This document shows, one piece after another, positions 12,658 through 25,283 of a stretch of DNA of 64,000 bases. The notes under the pieces are model-generated. The model ran no database searches. It had not been told where the DNA came from and saw nothing but the letters and a program-made list of their open reading frames with translations. The translations under genes were made by a program, and so were the position numbers. Origin of the DNA: Octopus sinensis (lineage: Eukaryota); assembly GCF_006345805.1 (NCBI RefSeq), contig NC_042999.1, forward strand, positions 124,620,001 to 124,684,000. Reading direction: 5' to 3'. Numbering within the stretch: position 1 is the stretch's first letter; every line of letters begins with the position of its first letter.

Positions 12658-13330
12658 AATGTGCGTGTGTGTGTTTGCCTTGTTGATCTGATATTGCATG
12701 ATAATTATAAATAAGAGTCACCGTCATATGATCAGTGTGTGTCATTTCCACTATTTCATGAAAACATAACTGGCCATGAGAAAATATTACCTTGCTGGGA
12801 AACAGATAAGGGCTTGCAAAAAACAAAACATCTGGCTGTGGAAAATCAACCTTAATGAATTTCATCTGACAAATGGAAACATGGAAAAGGGGATGTTATG
12901 ATGATGATGATGATGACAACGACAACGATGACAGAGGCTGCAGCGGTGGCAGCGGTGGTGGTAGTACCTGTGCTTGTGCTGGTGCTGGTATATTATAGTC
13001 CTAACAATAGATTCCTGCAGTGTAAAAAATCTGCCACACTGTGAAAGGGAGATGGTACAAATGTGTATCCAACAGACATTCAAATGAATTCTGTTGGTAC
13101 TAAGAAAGTGCTGGTTTCCAACAAAAAAAATCAAAGCTCCATTGCTGGAATTTAGATAACAACAATCCTAAATGTTAACAGTTAACTTTTATAAAAGTGT
13201 CAAATATTTTTACTGTTTCACTTGCAAATTTATTCTGTTAATTGGCATTTTTCCTTGCATGAAAATCCAGCCTTTTTCAGTTTGTCATTTAACATCTAAC
13301 ATAGCTAAGTGCTTCAATAATTATTGGTGT

Positions 13331-13429
13331 AGATGTGAATTTCTATTCAAGATAGAGAAGCAGCAGGTTTCAAAGCAGCTGGCCATAAATATTCTCCTAC
13401 TCATCAGTTTGGAGGAGATATTCACATCT
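13331..13429 (-). ncRNA. Degenerate hammerhead-like motif with long outer stem
   Basis: Minus CTGATGA (13401-13407) and GAAAC (13367-13371) lie inside a 13/14 inverted repeat (13331-13344 / 13416-13429); stems II and III are imperfect. Confidence 0.35.
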
Positions 13430-13559
13430 GCAGAGCAGCGGACCCCTATGGCTGTACTTGATTTTATTTTTCCTTTCCCAACCAACCATATCATTCCTAT
13501 AACAACTACACGTGACAGTTTTTATAGAAACAGACCACCAGTATTCCTTGTGTTGATAT

Positions 13560-13725
13560 GTATGTCGATATTTTATGTTCTGAGTCCAAATTCCACTGAA
13601 TTCAACTTTGCTTTTCATCCTTTCTGTGTCAATAAATTAAGTACCAGTCAAGTACTGGGGTTGATGTGATTGTCTATCCCACCTCTCCCGAATTTTAGGC
13701 CTTGTGCTATAGTTGAAAGGATATG
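13560..13725 (+). mobile_element. Nin/Meta-like SINE fragment
   Basis: gttctgagtccaaattccactgaattcaactttgcttttcatcc...aaattaagtaccag. Confidence 0.6.
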
Positions 13726-13914
13726 TATGTAGATATTTAATAACAAGTGTACTGAATTATCCAAAAAAGTCTTAGGAATAGTACCTTGATAACATTTTTG
13801 GGCAGCTATTGATGGAATGGATAATGTCTTCTGAAAAGAAGAGCATAATGTATATTTCGGATTGCATCTTGACGATTTCAGAGTGTCACTGTGTTATTTT
13901 TTATTTGTTTGTTT

Positions 13915-14325
13915 GCTTACTCTTTTACTCTTTTACTTGTTTCAGTCATTTGACTGCGGCCATGCTGGAGCACCGCCTTTAGTCGAGCAAATCGACCCCG
14001 GGACTTATTCTTTGTAAGCCCAGTACTTATTCTATCGGTCTCTTTTGCTGAACCGCTAAGTGACGGGGACGTAAACACACCAGCATCGGTTGTCAAGCAA
14101 TGCTAGAGGGACAAACACAGACACACAAACATATACACACACATACATATATATACATATATACGACAGGCCTCTTTCAGTTTCTGTCTACCAAATCCAC
14201 TCACAAGGCTTTGGTCAGTCTGAGGCTATAGCAGAAGACACTTGCCCAAGATGCCACGCAGTGGGACTGAACCCAGAACCATGTGGTTGGTAAGCAAGCT
14301 ACTTACCACACAGCCACTCCTGCAC
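13915..14325 (-). mobile_element. Well-preserved composite tRNA-SINE (octopus OK/OR-like)
   Basis: Minus head GCAGGAGTGGCTGTGTGGTAAG...GGTTCAGTCCC, core gcatcttgggcaagtgtctt, tail gactgaaacaagtaaaagag; CpGs retained. Confidence 0.85.
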
Positions 14326-14461
14326 TTGTTTGTCTTTTTTTCTTTTTGTTCATTCTTCTGATCTTAAATGGCAAAAACATAACCTTTGAGATGTGATATG
14401 ATATAACGGTCACAAGTTCAAGAGAGGTTATACATCATTTTATTAGTATCATTATTTTATA

Positions 14462-14690
14462 AGGCAGTAAGCTGGCAGAATCGTTAGCATGCCAGGCAAA
14501 ATGCTTAACAGCATTTCATCTGTCTTCGTGTTCTGAGTTCAGATTCTACTGAGATCATCTTTACCTTTCATCCTTTCAGCATCAATAAAACAAGTACCAA
14601 TTGTGCACTGGGGTTGATGCAATCAGCTTACCCCTTCCCCTGAAATCGCTGACCTTGTGCCAAACTTTCAAATCAATGTTGTCATTATCT
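14462..14690 (+). mobile_element. Nin/Meta-like SINE
   Basis: aaggcagtaagctggcagaatcgttagcatgcc...gttctgagttcagattc...cctttcatcctttc. Confidence 0.7.
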
Positions 14691-14939
14691 TCAAGTTTAC
14701 AGGAAGCATTTTCATGTATAACCTCTTGTGATATACAAAATGTTTCTTCTCCAGGTTTTTCAGCAATGTCTAGAAGTCCTGAAATTCTGGGTTTGCATGA
14801 GAAATCATCAGGAAGTGAATAATTTTTGAGATGTCCACTTTAATCCAAAGGATACCATTTCTTCATTTCTTCATTTTCAGTACATGGTTGATGTATTATT
14901 TTTACTGCATTTCTTTAACAGATACTGAAAAATGTATGC

Positions 14940-15103
14940 ATCCATGTGTGTGTGTGTGCACGTGTGTGTGTGCATGCATGCACATACATGCATTTATGCA
15001 AGTATACATACATATATATATTATATATGTGTATATATATATATGTATATATATTATGTGTATATATAATATATAATATATATATATATATTATATATAT
15101 TAT

Positions 15104-15135
<32 letters not shown>

Positions 15136-15243
15136 TAATATATATATTATGTATGTATGTATATGTATGTATATGCATATACATATATATGTATGTATAT
15201 GCATATACATATATATATAGGTATATATGCATATATTATATAC

Positions 15244-15294
<51 letters not shown>

Positions 15295-15547
15295 TATTTA
15301 TATGCATATATATGTGTATGTGTGTGTGTTGCATGTATATATATATATATATATATATATACATGCACACACACACACAAACACCAATATATATATGTAT
15401 TGGATGCTGTACATACTGAAACATAAATGATGTAAACATATAAGTAAGTATAAATGCACATGTATCTGAATGTGTGTGTGTGTCTGTGTGTCTATATATT
15501 TATATATCCAAACATGCATGCACATGCATGTATGTATATGTATGTAC

Positions 15548-15645
<98 letters not shown>

Positions 15646-16495
15646 ATATATATATAAATGTATATTTACATATATACATGTTTATATGTTTATGATGCAC
15701 ATTTGCAATAAAAGTCAGATAGAGATAAGAATATAATAAAATAAGAAAAACAGATTTCTGATATTTCCTGTTCTATTTAAGAATGCTAACATGACTGTCT
15801 TACAAAATTTCCAAATAATTTGTCGTGATTCTTCCTCTCTTCTTCAATCACTTCTCTTATTTTGACAGTGTTAGTTTGTACACTTGCATATGTTTGTGCG
15901 TGTGCATGTGTGTATGTGTGTGTGTGTGCGTGTGCATGTGTGTCTTTGAATGTGTGTGTGCATGTGAGAGCATGTGTACATGTGTTACTGTACATGTGTT
16001 TGTGAGTCTGTGAATGCGTGTCTGTGTGTGTGTGTGTGTGTGTATGCATGTACTTGCACATGTGTATGTGCCTTAGTGTGTCTGTATGTTTCTGAGTGCA
16101 TGTGTATATATATGTGTGGTGTGTATGTGTGTGTGTGCATGCATCTGCATGTTTGTATATTTGTGTGCACATATGTCTATGTTTATCTTTGAGCATGTAT
16201 GAGCAGCATGAGCATGTAAGTATGTGTCTGTTTGCATGCGTGTGCGTGTGTGTGTGTGTATAAGTGCATGATTCATGTTATATAGGCATTATACATATCT
16301 GATGTTATATAAATGTTCCAAGATGCTTGTGTGTGTGTTTCTTGTATTGTGTAGACTTTCTGCGATGTATGCACACGTGCATGTATGCATGCATGCATGC
16401 ATATATCTGCATGTCCCTTTCTCTGCATGTATGTAGGTTTGCACATGCTGTGTCAACAGAGTAGTTGTAAATCTCGTGTGTGTGGACATACATTC

Positions 16496-16585
<90 letters not shown>

Positions 16586-16646
16586 GATATATATATATAT
16601 ATATATATATATGATATATATCTATATATATATGTATATATGTATA

Positions 16647-16677
<31 letters not shown>

Positions 16678-16987
16678 ATATTATATATATATATATATAT
16701 ATTATATATATTATATATATATATATAGATATATATATATATATGATATATACTATGAGATTATTTACTGCATGTTGTGTGTATAGCATGGCTAAATAGT
16801 AGTTGTAAATATCTTGTTTACATATGATAGTTGGGTGGTGTATCTTTGTCCTGCTTATATAATTGTTGCATGCATCCTGTGTGTATAAGCGTGTTTGTGT
16901 GTGTGTGTTTGTGTGTAAAGGAATTGTTTGTCTTGTGTTGAATAATCATTGAATGGTGCATATATGTAGTGGGTATATATACATAAT

Positions 16988-17029
<42 letters not shown>

Positions 17030-18208
17030 TTGTATGCTGTGTCATATAAGTATATATGTGAATATGTGTGTGTATGTGTGCATGCATGTATTTGTATGTA
17101 TATTCATATCTTATGAGTATACTTATACGGATATATATATTATTTGTATGACTATGTGTGTATATAGTAGTTGTATAAATGTATTTTATTGTATAATTGT
17201 TGCATACCATGTGTAATGTGTATATATTGTGAATGTATGTGATGTGTCTATATAACAGTTGTTTGTACTGTGTCTATACAGAAATTCTGCGGTATCTATG
17301 AGTCTTATATATAGCAGTTGTGTATATATTATGTCTTTGTAGTAGTAGTATGCATCTTTTGTCTATATAGTAGTAGTAGCTTTCTTCGGTTATATAACAG
17401 TTGCATGGTGTGTGTGTGTGTGTGTGTGTTGTGAATTCATGTGTTGTGTGTGTATGTATATGTGTGAGTGTGTGTGCGCACGTTGCATGTGTATGTGTGT
17501 GTGAGTGTATGCATGTGTGTATGTGTGTTATGTCTATATAATAATTGTCTCATGAACATACCTGTTACATGCTCAGTGTATGTGTGTGTATGTGTGTGTG
17601 TGTCTGTGTATGTGTGTGTGTGAGTGTCTTGCATTGCAATACACACAGAATGTGTTGTAGGGTTCTTGTGTCTAGTCACTATATATGTATGTGTGTGAGT
17701 GTATGGAAGAGGGAGTTCATGAGTATATGTGCCTTATGTGATGTAGACCCAGCATGCATACATGCTCTTTTTGTGTTTCTAGTCACATTTTATAACATAT
17801 ATATATATATTATATATATATATATATATATAATATATATATACACACACATATATACATACATACTTACATATGTGTGTACGTGTGTGTTTGTGTGTGT
17901 GTGTGCATATGTGTATAAGTGCAAGTGTGAGCATGTTTTCTGTTATACAGCCTCCATGAATGCATACTTTACATAAAACATGCATGCACATACATACAAA
18001 CATACAAACATGCATGCACGCGCACACACACACACACACACATAGTCACTACATGAGTAGATTTATGAATGAATTTCTATATGTGTCTTATTCTATATAG
18101 TAGCTGCATGTGTGCTAGTGTTGTTTTGATTGTATATATGTGTGCTGTATGTGCTTATATGTATACATTTGTGTATGTATATGTATCAGTGTGCGTATGT
18201 GTGTGTGT

Positions 18209-18243
<35 letters not shown>

Positions 18244-18413
18244 TAACATATGTATGCGTATGATATGCTAATGTATGTATATATATATTGTGTATATACA
18301 CACATGCATGCAGACATACATATATATATCTGTATGTATATATATATGTATATATATATATATGTGTTGTGTGTATATATATATTATATATATATATAAT
18401 ATATATATATATG

Positions 18414-18472
<59 letters not shown>

Positions 18473-19340
18473 CACACATACACACACACCTATTTACACT
18501 TGTGTGGTTGGATATATATGTATATGTGTGCATATATATATATGTATGTGTATGTGTGTGTATATATATATATATGCATGCATGTATGTATGTATATGTT
18601 CACACACATATATATGTTGTATGCCATGATGTTATTGGGTGTGTGCATGTATGACTGAGTCTTGTGTTATATAGTCACCATACGTACATGCTAGTTTATA
18701 GTTGTTGTATCTACGTGTCTATCTTAGCAGTTATAAATGTGTATGTGCATGTGTATGCATGGGGTGTCTTGTATTACACAGTGTCTGTGTGTGTTGTGTA
18801 AAATATAGTAACTGAGAGATGGTGAGAAGAGAAAATATGAAGAAGGAAATTACACTTTATATCTTATATAAAGTAGGAGAAGAAAAAGAGGAAGAGAAGA
18901 GAGTAAAGAGAGGGAGAGGGAGGGGGGAGAGAATTGAATAAGAAAACCTATATGTGTCATACAGTAAGTGAGAGACAGTGAGAGGAGTGATCAGTGAAGG
19001 AAAGTGGCCAGCTATGTATGATCTAAACAGTCGGTAAAGGAAGAGGAGCTAAGATATTGGATTATATATGCATTATATAAGAGAGAAAGAGAAAGATAGT
19101 GTATATTGTGTGTGCATGCGGGCGTGTGTGTGTGTGTATGTGTGTGTGCATGCACGTGTGTGCTTGCATGCATGTGCATGCATAAGTGCATGTGTTACAT
19201 ACCAGCAATGAATATCAGTGTTTTTCACTGTTAGCAATTAACATGTATCTATCTATGTATAAGTATATATATATATATATATATGTGTGTATGTGTGTGT
19301 GTTTATGTATATATGTATATATATATATGTATATATATAT
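14940..19340. repeat. Extended microsatellite / cryptically simple region ((TA)n, (CA)n, (TG)n, (CATG)n)
   Basis: Direct reading; source of dozens of spurious IY/HT/CV-rich ORFs. Confidence 0.9.
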
Positions 19341-19585
19341 ATCATCATCATCATCATCATCGTTTAACGTCCGTTTTCCGCGCTAGACGGGTTGGACGCG
19401 TTTCGACCGGGGTCTGGGGAGCTCGGGACTGCCCCAGGCTCCAGTCTAGTCTGGCAGTGTTTCTACAGCTGGATGCCCTCCTAACGCCAACCACTCCGCG
19501 AGTGTAGTGGGTGTTTTTTACGTGCCACCTGCACATGGTGCCAGAGGGGTCTGGCATCGGCCACGTTCGGATGGTGCTTTTTTTT
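19341..19585 (-). mobile_element. RTE 3' UTR fragment
   Basis: (CAT)n cgtttaacgtccgttttcc...ctacagctggatgccctcctaacgccaaccactcc. Confidence 0.8.
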
Positions 19586-19590
19586 TTTAT

Positions 19591-20064
19591 GGGGGGGTGC
19601 AGAAATATAGGGGAGCACCAGTGGGAGTGGTGGTTCAGAGGACAGGTTCTAGGCAAGTAAACGTAGGATATCGAGAGAGGAGTAATGCATGGTGAAATAG
19701 CGTATTGAAGAGGGGGGTTCAAAGAGTAGACACCTATAATGGTGGTGGGGGGGTGCAGAAATATAGGGGAGCACCAGTGGGAGGGGTGGTTCAGAGGACA
19801 GGTTCTAGGCAAGTAGAACGTAGGATATCGAGAGAGGGGTAATGCATGGTGAAATAGCGTATTGAAGAGGGTGGTTCAAAGAGTAGACACCTATAATGGT
19901 GGTGGGGGGAGGTGCAGAAATATAGGGGAGCACCAGTGGGAGGGGTGGTTCAGAGGACAGGTTCTAGGCAAGTAGAACGTAGGATATCGAGAGAGGGGTA
20001 ATGCATGGTGAAATAGCGTATTGAAGAGGGGGGTTCAAAGAGTAGACACCTATAATGGTGGTGG
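19591..20064. repeat. G-rich tandem repeat, ~157-bp unit x3
   Basis: gcagaaatataggggagcacc recurs at 19599, 19755 and 19914. Confidence 0.92.
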
Positions 20065-20090
20065 GAGAAACGACATCCGGTATAGTTGGA

Positions 20091-20127
<37 letters not shown>

Positions 20128-20444
20128 TGTTTCAAAATAAAATGCATATATATTTCCAATCCTGAACATAGTTGTATTTCTGTGAGGAGTTAGATGCATA
20201 TAAAATAACATATGTCTATTCACTTCATCAGCAGGAAATCATCAAAGAGGAATTCATATACAAGAAGTAAAATTCATTCATATGCTCATAACTGACGTAA
20301 ATGGAAAGACAAGGTTATGGTAAACAAATCCAAAATGTCGTAACTTTCATGCAAAGATTCTTTGGAATAGAAAATCTCTACATAACAGCACTTGACAGTT
20401 TCCAGTCCAAAATTTAAACCCCAGAATATATATGTGCATATGTA

Positions 20445-20498
<54 letters not shown>

Positions 20499-20504
<6 letters not shown>

Positions 20505-20750
20505 GAGGCGTGTGGCTTAGTGGTTAGGGTGTCAGCATCATGATTGTAAGATTGTGGTTTTGATTCCTGGAACCAGACGACACGTGTTCTTGAGCAAAAC
20601 ACTTCATTTCACATTGCTCCAGTCCACCCAGCTGGCAAAAATGAGTAACGCTGTAATGGACTGGCGTCTCATCCAGCTGGGGAACACATACGCCATTGAA
20701 ACCGGGAAACCAGGCCCATGAGCCTGGCGAGGCTTTAAAAGGGCACATTT
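20499..20750 (+). mobile_element. CORE-type tRNA-SINE
   Basis: gtggcttagtggttagggtg (A box), ttttgattcc (B-box-like), gttcttgagcaaaacacttcatttcac core. Confidence 0.75.
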
Positions 20751-20764
20751 ATTATTTTTATTAT

Positions 20765-20808
<44 letters not shown>

Positions 20809-20811
20809 GTA

Positions 20812-21530
20812 TATCATCATCGTTCACCGTTTAATATCCATTGTCTAAGCTGGCATGGGTTCAATGGTTTGACCAGTGCTGGCAAGCAGAGGAGCTGCAC
20901 CAGACTCCAGTCTGATTTGGCATAGGTTCTATGGCTGGATATCCTTCTTAAAGCCAACCACTTTTCATTCTTCAGAGTGCACTGGGTGCTCTTACCTGAC
21001 ACCACATGAGCACTTTTACTTGGTACCACATGAGTGCTTTTACATGGTATTGCACAGGTGCTTTTACAATGGCACTGCACAGGTGCTTTTACATGGCACT
21101 GCATGGTGATGTTACATGATACTGCCACAAGTACTTTGCACCACCAGAAGGATCAGCCTTAACAATTCTGCTGTGGAGTATAGGTCTTCTTGAGTACAAT
21201 AAGGCATCAGGCATCTCAGTCCTTTATCATCTCACGTGAAAGGTTCAGCGACTTGAGGTCATTCTTCAATATTTCATCCCACATCTTCCTGGGTTTCCTA
21301 CTTCTATGCATTCCATCCACTTTGAGAGATCAGCACTTCTTTATGGAGTTGCTGGCATTCATCCACATCACATGACCAAACCAGCATTGTCTTCTCTCTT
21401 GCACACAACAACCAATCCCTCCTATGCCTAACTTCTCTTTCAAATCACTAGCACTCTGTTGAACATGTACACTTACATTACACATCCTTTCTAACCTTCG
21501 CATGTACTCTGCATTCAGGACCCATGTCTC
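20812..21530 (-). mobile_element. RTE LINE 3' fragment with UTR subrepeats (second copy at 22435-23150)
   Basis: Matches the 3' part of the RTE at 7057-7900; ~24-bp GGTGCTTTTACATGGCACTGCACA subrepeats. Confidence 0.8.
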
Positions 21531-21544
21531 ACTACCATATATAT

Positions 21545-21822
21545 ATCACGTGACCACATCGCTGGTCACAATGCGTTCGCATTGTTTTAGCCTTCGAATG
21601 ACGCCACCCCGCTGGCTAAGCGAGCAGGCCAACAGAAGAAAGAGTGGGAGAAAGAGTGGTGAAAGAGTACAGCAGGTATCACCACCCCCTGCTGGAGCCT
21701 CGTGGAGCTTTTAGGTGTTTTCGCTCAATAAACACTCACAACGCCCGGTCTGGGAATCGAAACCGTGATCCTGCGACCGCGAGTCCGCTGCCCTAAAGAC
21801 TGGGCCATTGCGCCTCCACACC
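21545..21822 (-). mobile_element. Young, CpG-rich tRNA-SINE (second copy at 23165-23440)
   Basis: Minus head GGAGGCGCAATGGCCCAG...GGTTTCGATTCCCAGACCGGGCG; older relative at 51160-51340. Confidence 0.8.
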
Positions 21823-21890
21823 ATATATATATATATGTATATATATATACACATACACACACACACACACATGTATATATAGATATATAT

Positions 21891-22092
21891 CTGTTATGTG
21901 CAACAGAAGCAGTATTAGATTAAAATAGCAATCTGTGTATCATACATAATACAAAAGGCACCACTATAAGGGAAATTAATTGCAGAATTATTATGGACAT
22001 ACTGTGTTTTAATACACAAGAATGTCTATAGCAGACGAAAATTCTCCAGCATGGCTATTTTAATCAAAAACTGCTTCTGTTGCATATAACAG
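21891..22092. mobile_element. 202-bp MITE with 39-bp terminal inverted repeats (second copy at 23508-23709)
   Basis: ctgttatgtgcaacagaagcagtattagattaaaatagc (21891-21929) matches the reverse complement of 22054-22092 with 3 mismatches; a solo TIR-like copy sits near 28885-28930. Confidence 0.8.
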
Positions 22093-24037
22093 ACTTTTAT
22101 TCAGTTAGGCTGCAAATTTCAACATCAGTGATTGTTTTATCACTGATTTCCAGTATCATTAGCATGTGGTAGGCAATGAGTACATGCTACTAACAAAGCC
22201 CCAATGAGGTGCAAATGTACATTTAGCATAATCACCACCACTGCTAAATGATTCTTGTGTGGTACTTATATATGTTTTTAAACACAGTAGGTCCAAAAGG
22301 AATATTAACTCCAGACAATACTACAGCTTCTTCATGGCATATTTGCATTAAGTATGATGTAGAGATGACTATATATGTATATATATATATATTATATATA
22401 TATATATTATATATATATATATATATACATATGTATATCATCATCGTCACCGTTTAATATCCATTGTCTAAGCTGGCATGGGTTCAATGGTTTGACCAGT
22501 GCTGGCAAGCAGAGGAGCTGCACCAGACTCCAGTCTGATTTGGCATAGTTTCTATGGCTGGATATCCTTCTTAAAGCCAACCACTTTTCATTCTTCAGAG
22601 TGCACTGGGTGCTCTTACCTGACACCACATGAGCACTTTTACTTGGTACCACATGAGTGCTTTTACATGGTATTGCACAGGTGCTTTTACATGGCACTGC
22701 ACAGGTGCTTTTACATGGCACTGCATGGGTGATGTTACATGATACTGCCACAAGTACTTTGCACCACCAGAAGGATCAGCCTTAACAATTCTGCTGTGGA
22801 GTATAGGTCTTCTTGAGTACAATAAGGCATCAGGCATCTCAGTCCTTTATCATCTCACGTGAAGGTTCAGCGACTTGAGGTCATTCTTCAATATTTCATC
22901 CCACATCTTCCTGGGTTTCCTACTTCTATGCATTCCATCCACTTTGAGAGATCAGCACTTCTTTATGGAGTTGCTGGCATTCATCCACATCACATGACAA
23001 ACCAGCATTGTCTTCTCTCTTGCACACAACAACCAATCCCTCCTATGCCTAACTTCTCTTTCAAATCACTAGCACTCTGTTGAACATGTACACTTACATT
23101 ACACATCCTTTCTAACCTTCGCATGTACTCTGCATTCAGGACCCATGTCTCACTACCATATATATATCACGTGACCACATCGCTGGTCACAATGCGTTCG
23201 CATTGTTTTAGCCTTCGAATGACGCCACCCCGCTGGCTAAGCGAGCAGGCCAACAGAAGAAAGAGTGGGAGAAAGAGTGGTGAAAGAGTACAGCAGGTAT
23301 CACCACCCCCTGCTGGAGCCTCGTGGAGCTTTTAGGTGTTTTCGCTCAATAAACACTCACAACGCCCGGTCTGGGAATCGAAACCGTGATCCTGCGACGC
23401 GAGTCCGCTGCCCTAAAGACTGGCCATTGCGCCTCCACACCATATATATATATGTATATATATATACACATACACACACACACACACATGTATATATAGA
23501 TATATATCTGTTATGTGCAACAGAAGCAGTATTAGATTAAAATAGCAATCTGTGTATCATACATAATACAAAAGGCACCACTATAAGGGAAATTAATTGC
23601 AGAATTATTATGGACATACTGTGTTTTAATACACAAGAATGTCTATAGCAGACGAAAATTCTCCAGCATGGCTATTTTAATCAAAAACTGCTTCTGTTGC
23701 ATATAACAGACTTTTATTCAGCTAGGCTGCAAATTTCAACATCAGTGATTGTTTTATCACTGATTTCCAGTATCATTAGCATGTGGTAGGCAATGAGTAC
23801 ATGCTACTAACAAAGCCCCAATGAGGTGCAAATGTACATTTAGCATAATCACCACCACTGCTAAATGATTCTTGTGTGGTACTTATATATGTTTTTAAAC
23901 ACAGTAGGTCCAAAAGGAATATTAACTCCAGACAAATACTACAGCTTCTTCATGGCATATTTGCATTAAGTATGATGTAGAGATGACTATATATGTATAT
24001 ATCTATTATATTCATATATATATATATATATATATAT

Positions 24038-24350
24038 ACTGTTTATAATTTGTACTGTCGTTACTGTCCTGTTTTTGTTACCATTTTTTACCCCTCTGCG
24101 AAAAGATCTCAGAATTTTAATTGATTTGCTTTTCGCAGGAAGGAAAGTTTCTTGTTGAAGATACATCTCGCTTTCACCTTCGAAACATAGAGTAGATGAA
24201 ACCATAGCGACTGAAGAAGGGGTTTTTTCTTTGTGTTAATTGTCCTGTACTCTATTTTTTTGTTGTTTAAAAAAATGTCCAGTTCCTTGGTTTGTGTCTA
24301 TGTTTTCGTTTCTCATTGTGTTCGACGTCTTTTTGGTGTCCTGTACTCAT
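24038..24350 (+). mobile_element. Unclassified interspersed repeat in (TA)n, possibly Penelope pLTR-like
   Basis: CpG-containing island between two (TA)n tracts; contains cgaaac (24181) and ctgaaga (24211). Confidence 0.3.
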
Positions 24351-24429
24351 ATATGAGTGTATATGTACAAGTAGAGGTAGGTACATACATATATGTTTAT
24401 ATATATGCATATGTTTATTTTATTTATTA

Positions 24430-24461
<32 letters not shown>

Positions 24462-24524
24462 GCATGTGTGTATGTATGTATATATATAGATATTGCAAAT
24501 AAGAAAATGGAGAAGCGCTACAGA

Positions 24525-24660
24525 TGTGAAGATGCTTGACTTAGTGGTTAGGGTAAGCAGCTCACAATCATAAAGGTTGTGAGTTCAATTTCTGGTGGGG
24601 TGTTGTGTCCTTGAGAAAAACACTTTATTTTACATTTCCCCAATCCACTCAACTGGCCTT
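24525..24660 (+). mobile_element. CORE-SINE head fragment
   Basis: cttagtggttaggg...gagttcaatttc...gtgtccttgagaaaaacacttt. Confidence 0.6.
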
Positions 24661-24997
24661 GTCATATTTTGCCTATCCAACTATATTATGCATATCCAAA
24701 TATGTTATGTGACGCTCACTCCATCAAATCTTCTGTAACAATATAATATTCTTCTGATGTATTCTTTTTGTAATACGTAAATAATTTAATTATAATTATA
24801 ATTCAATTAATTTCTAAATCTTTTACCATGTTATTTACATGTTAATATTACCGCTCGAAACGATCATATGCATGGATTAAATTTTTTTAAACTTTTAACA
24901 CCTTTTCTCCATCTTTAATTGTTTGTTGAGTTTCTATAGAATACGTGTTCTATAAATGCTCATAACACATCTTATACTTAAATATATATATATATAT

Positions 24998-25244
24998 ATC
25001 ATCATCATCATCATCATCATTTAAGGTCTGTTTTCCATGCTGCCATGGGTTGGACGGTTTGACCGGGGTCTGGGAAGCCATGAGGCTGCACCAGGCTCCA
25101 GTCTGATCTGGCAGTGTTTTTATAGCTGGATGCACTTCCTAACACCAACCACTCCGTGAATGTAGTGGGTGCTTTTTACATGCCACCGGCACAGGGACCA
25201 GAGGAGGCTGGCAAACGGCTACGATTGGTTGGTGCTTTTATAAG

Positions 25245-25245
<1 letters not shown>
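24998..25245 (-). mobile_element. RTE 3' UTR fragment
   Basis: (CAT)n ttaaggtctgttttccatgctgccatgggttggacgg. Confidence 0.8.

Positions 25246-25283
<38 letters not shown>

Larger units (their letters stand above)
20770..24002. repeat. Near-identical 1.62-kb tandem duplication (two units, ~20770-22385 and ~22390-24002)
   Basis: ccgtttaatatcc at 20827 and 22450 (period 1623); agagatgact ends at 22370 and 23988; ORFs 21502..21714 and 23123..23335 translate identically. Confidence 0.95.

Noticed and set aside
13172-13669. 165-aa ORF
   Set aside because: No recognisable domain; it runs across the HHR-like repeat and a SINE.
14753-14822. Possible terminal exon GFSAMSRSPEILGLHEKSSGSE*
   Set aside because: Supported only by an acceptor-like site, with no homology or partner exons.
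15794-15860. Minus-strand segment IREVIEEERKNHDKLFGNF followed by GTAAGA
   Set aside because: It has a donor but no credible acceptor, and no recognised homology.
19591-20064. CRISPR-like interpretation of the tandem repeats
   Set aside because: Units repeat in full with no unique spacers, and the context is eukaryotic.
20232-20266. Possible 35-nt exon QEIIKEEFIYK
   Set aside because: Weak donor (gtaaaa) and no supporting context.
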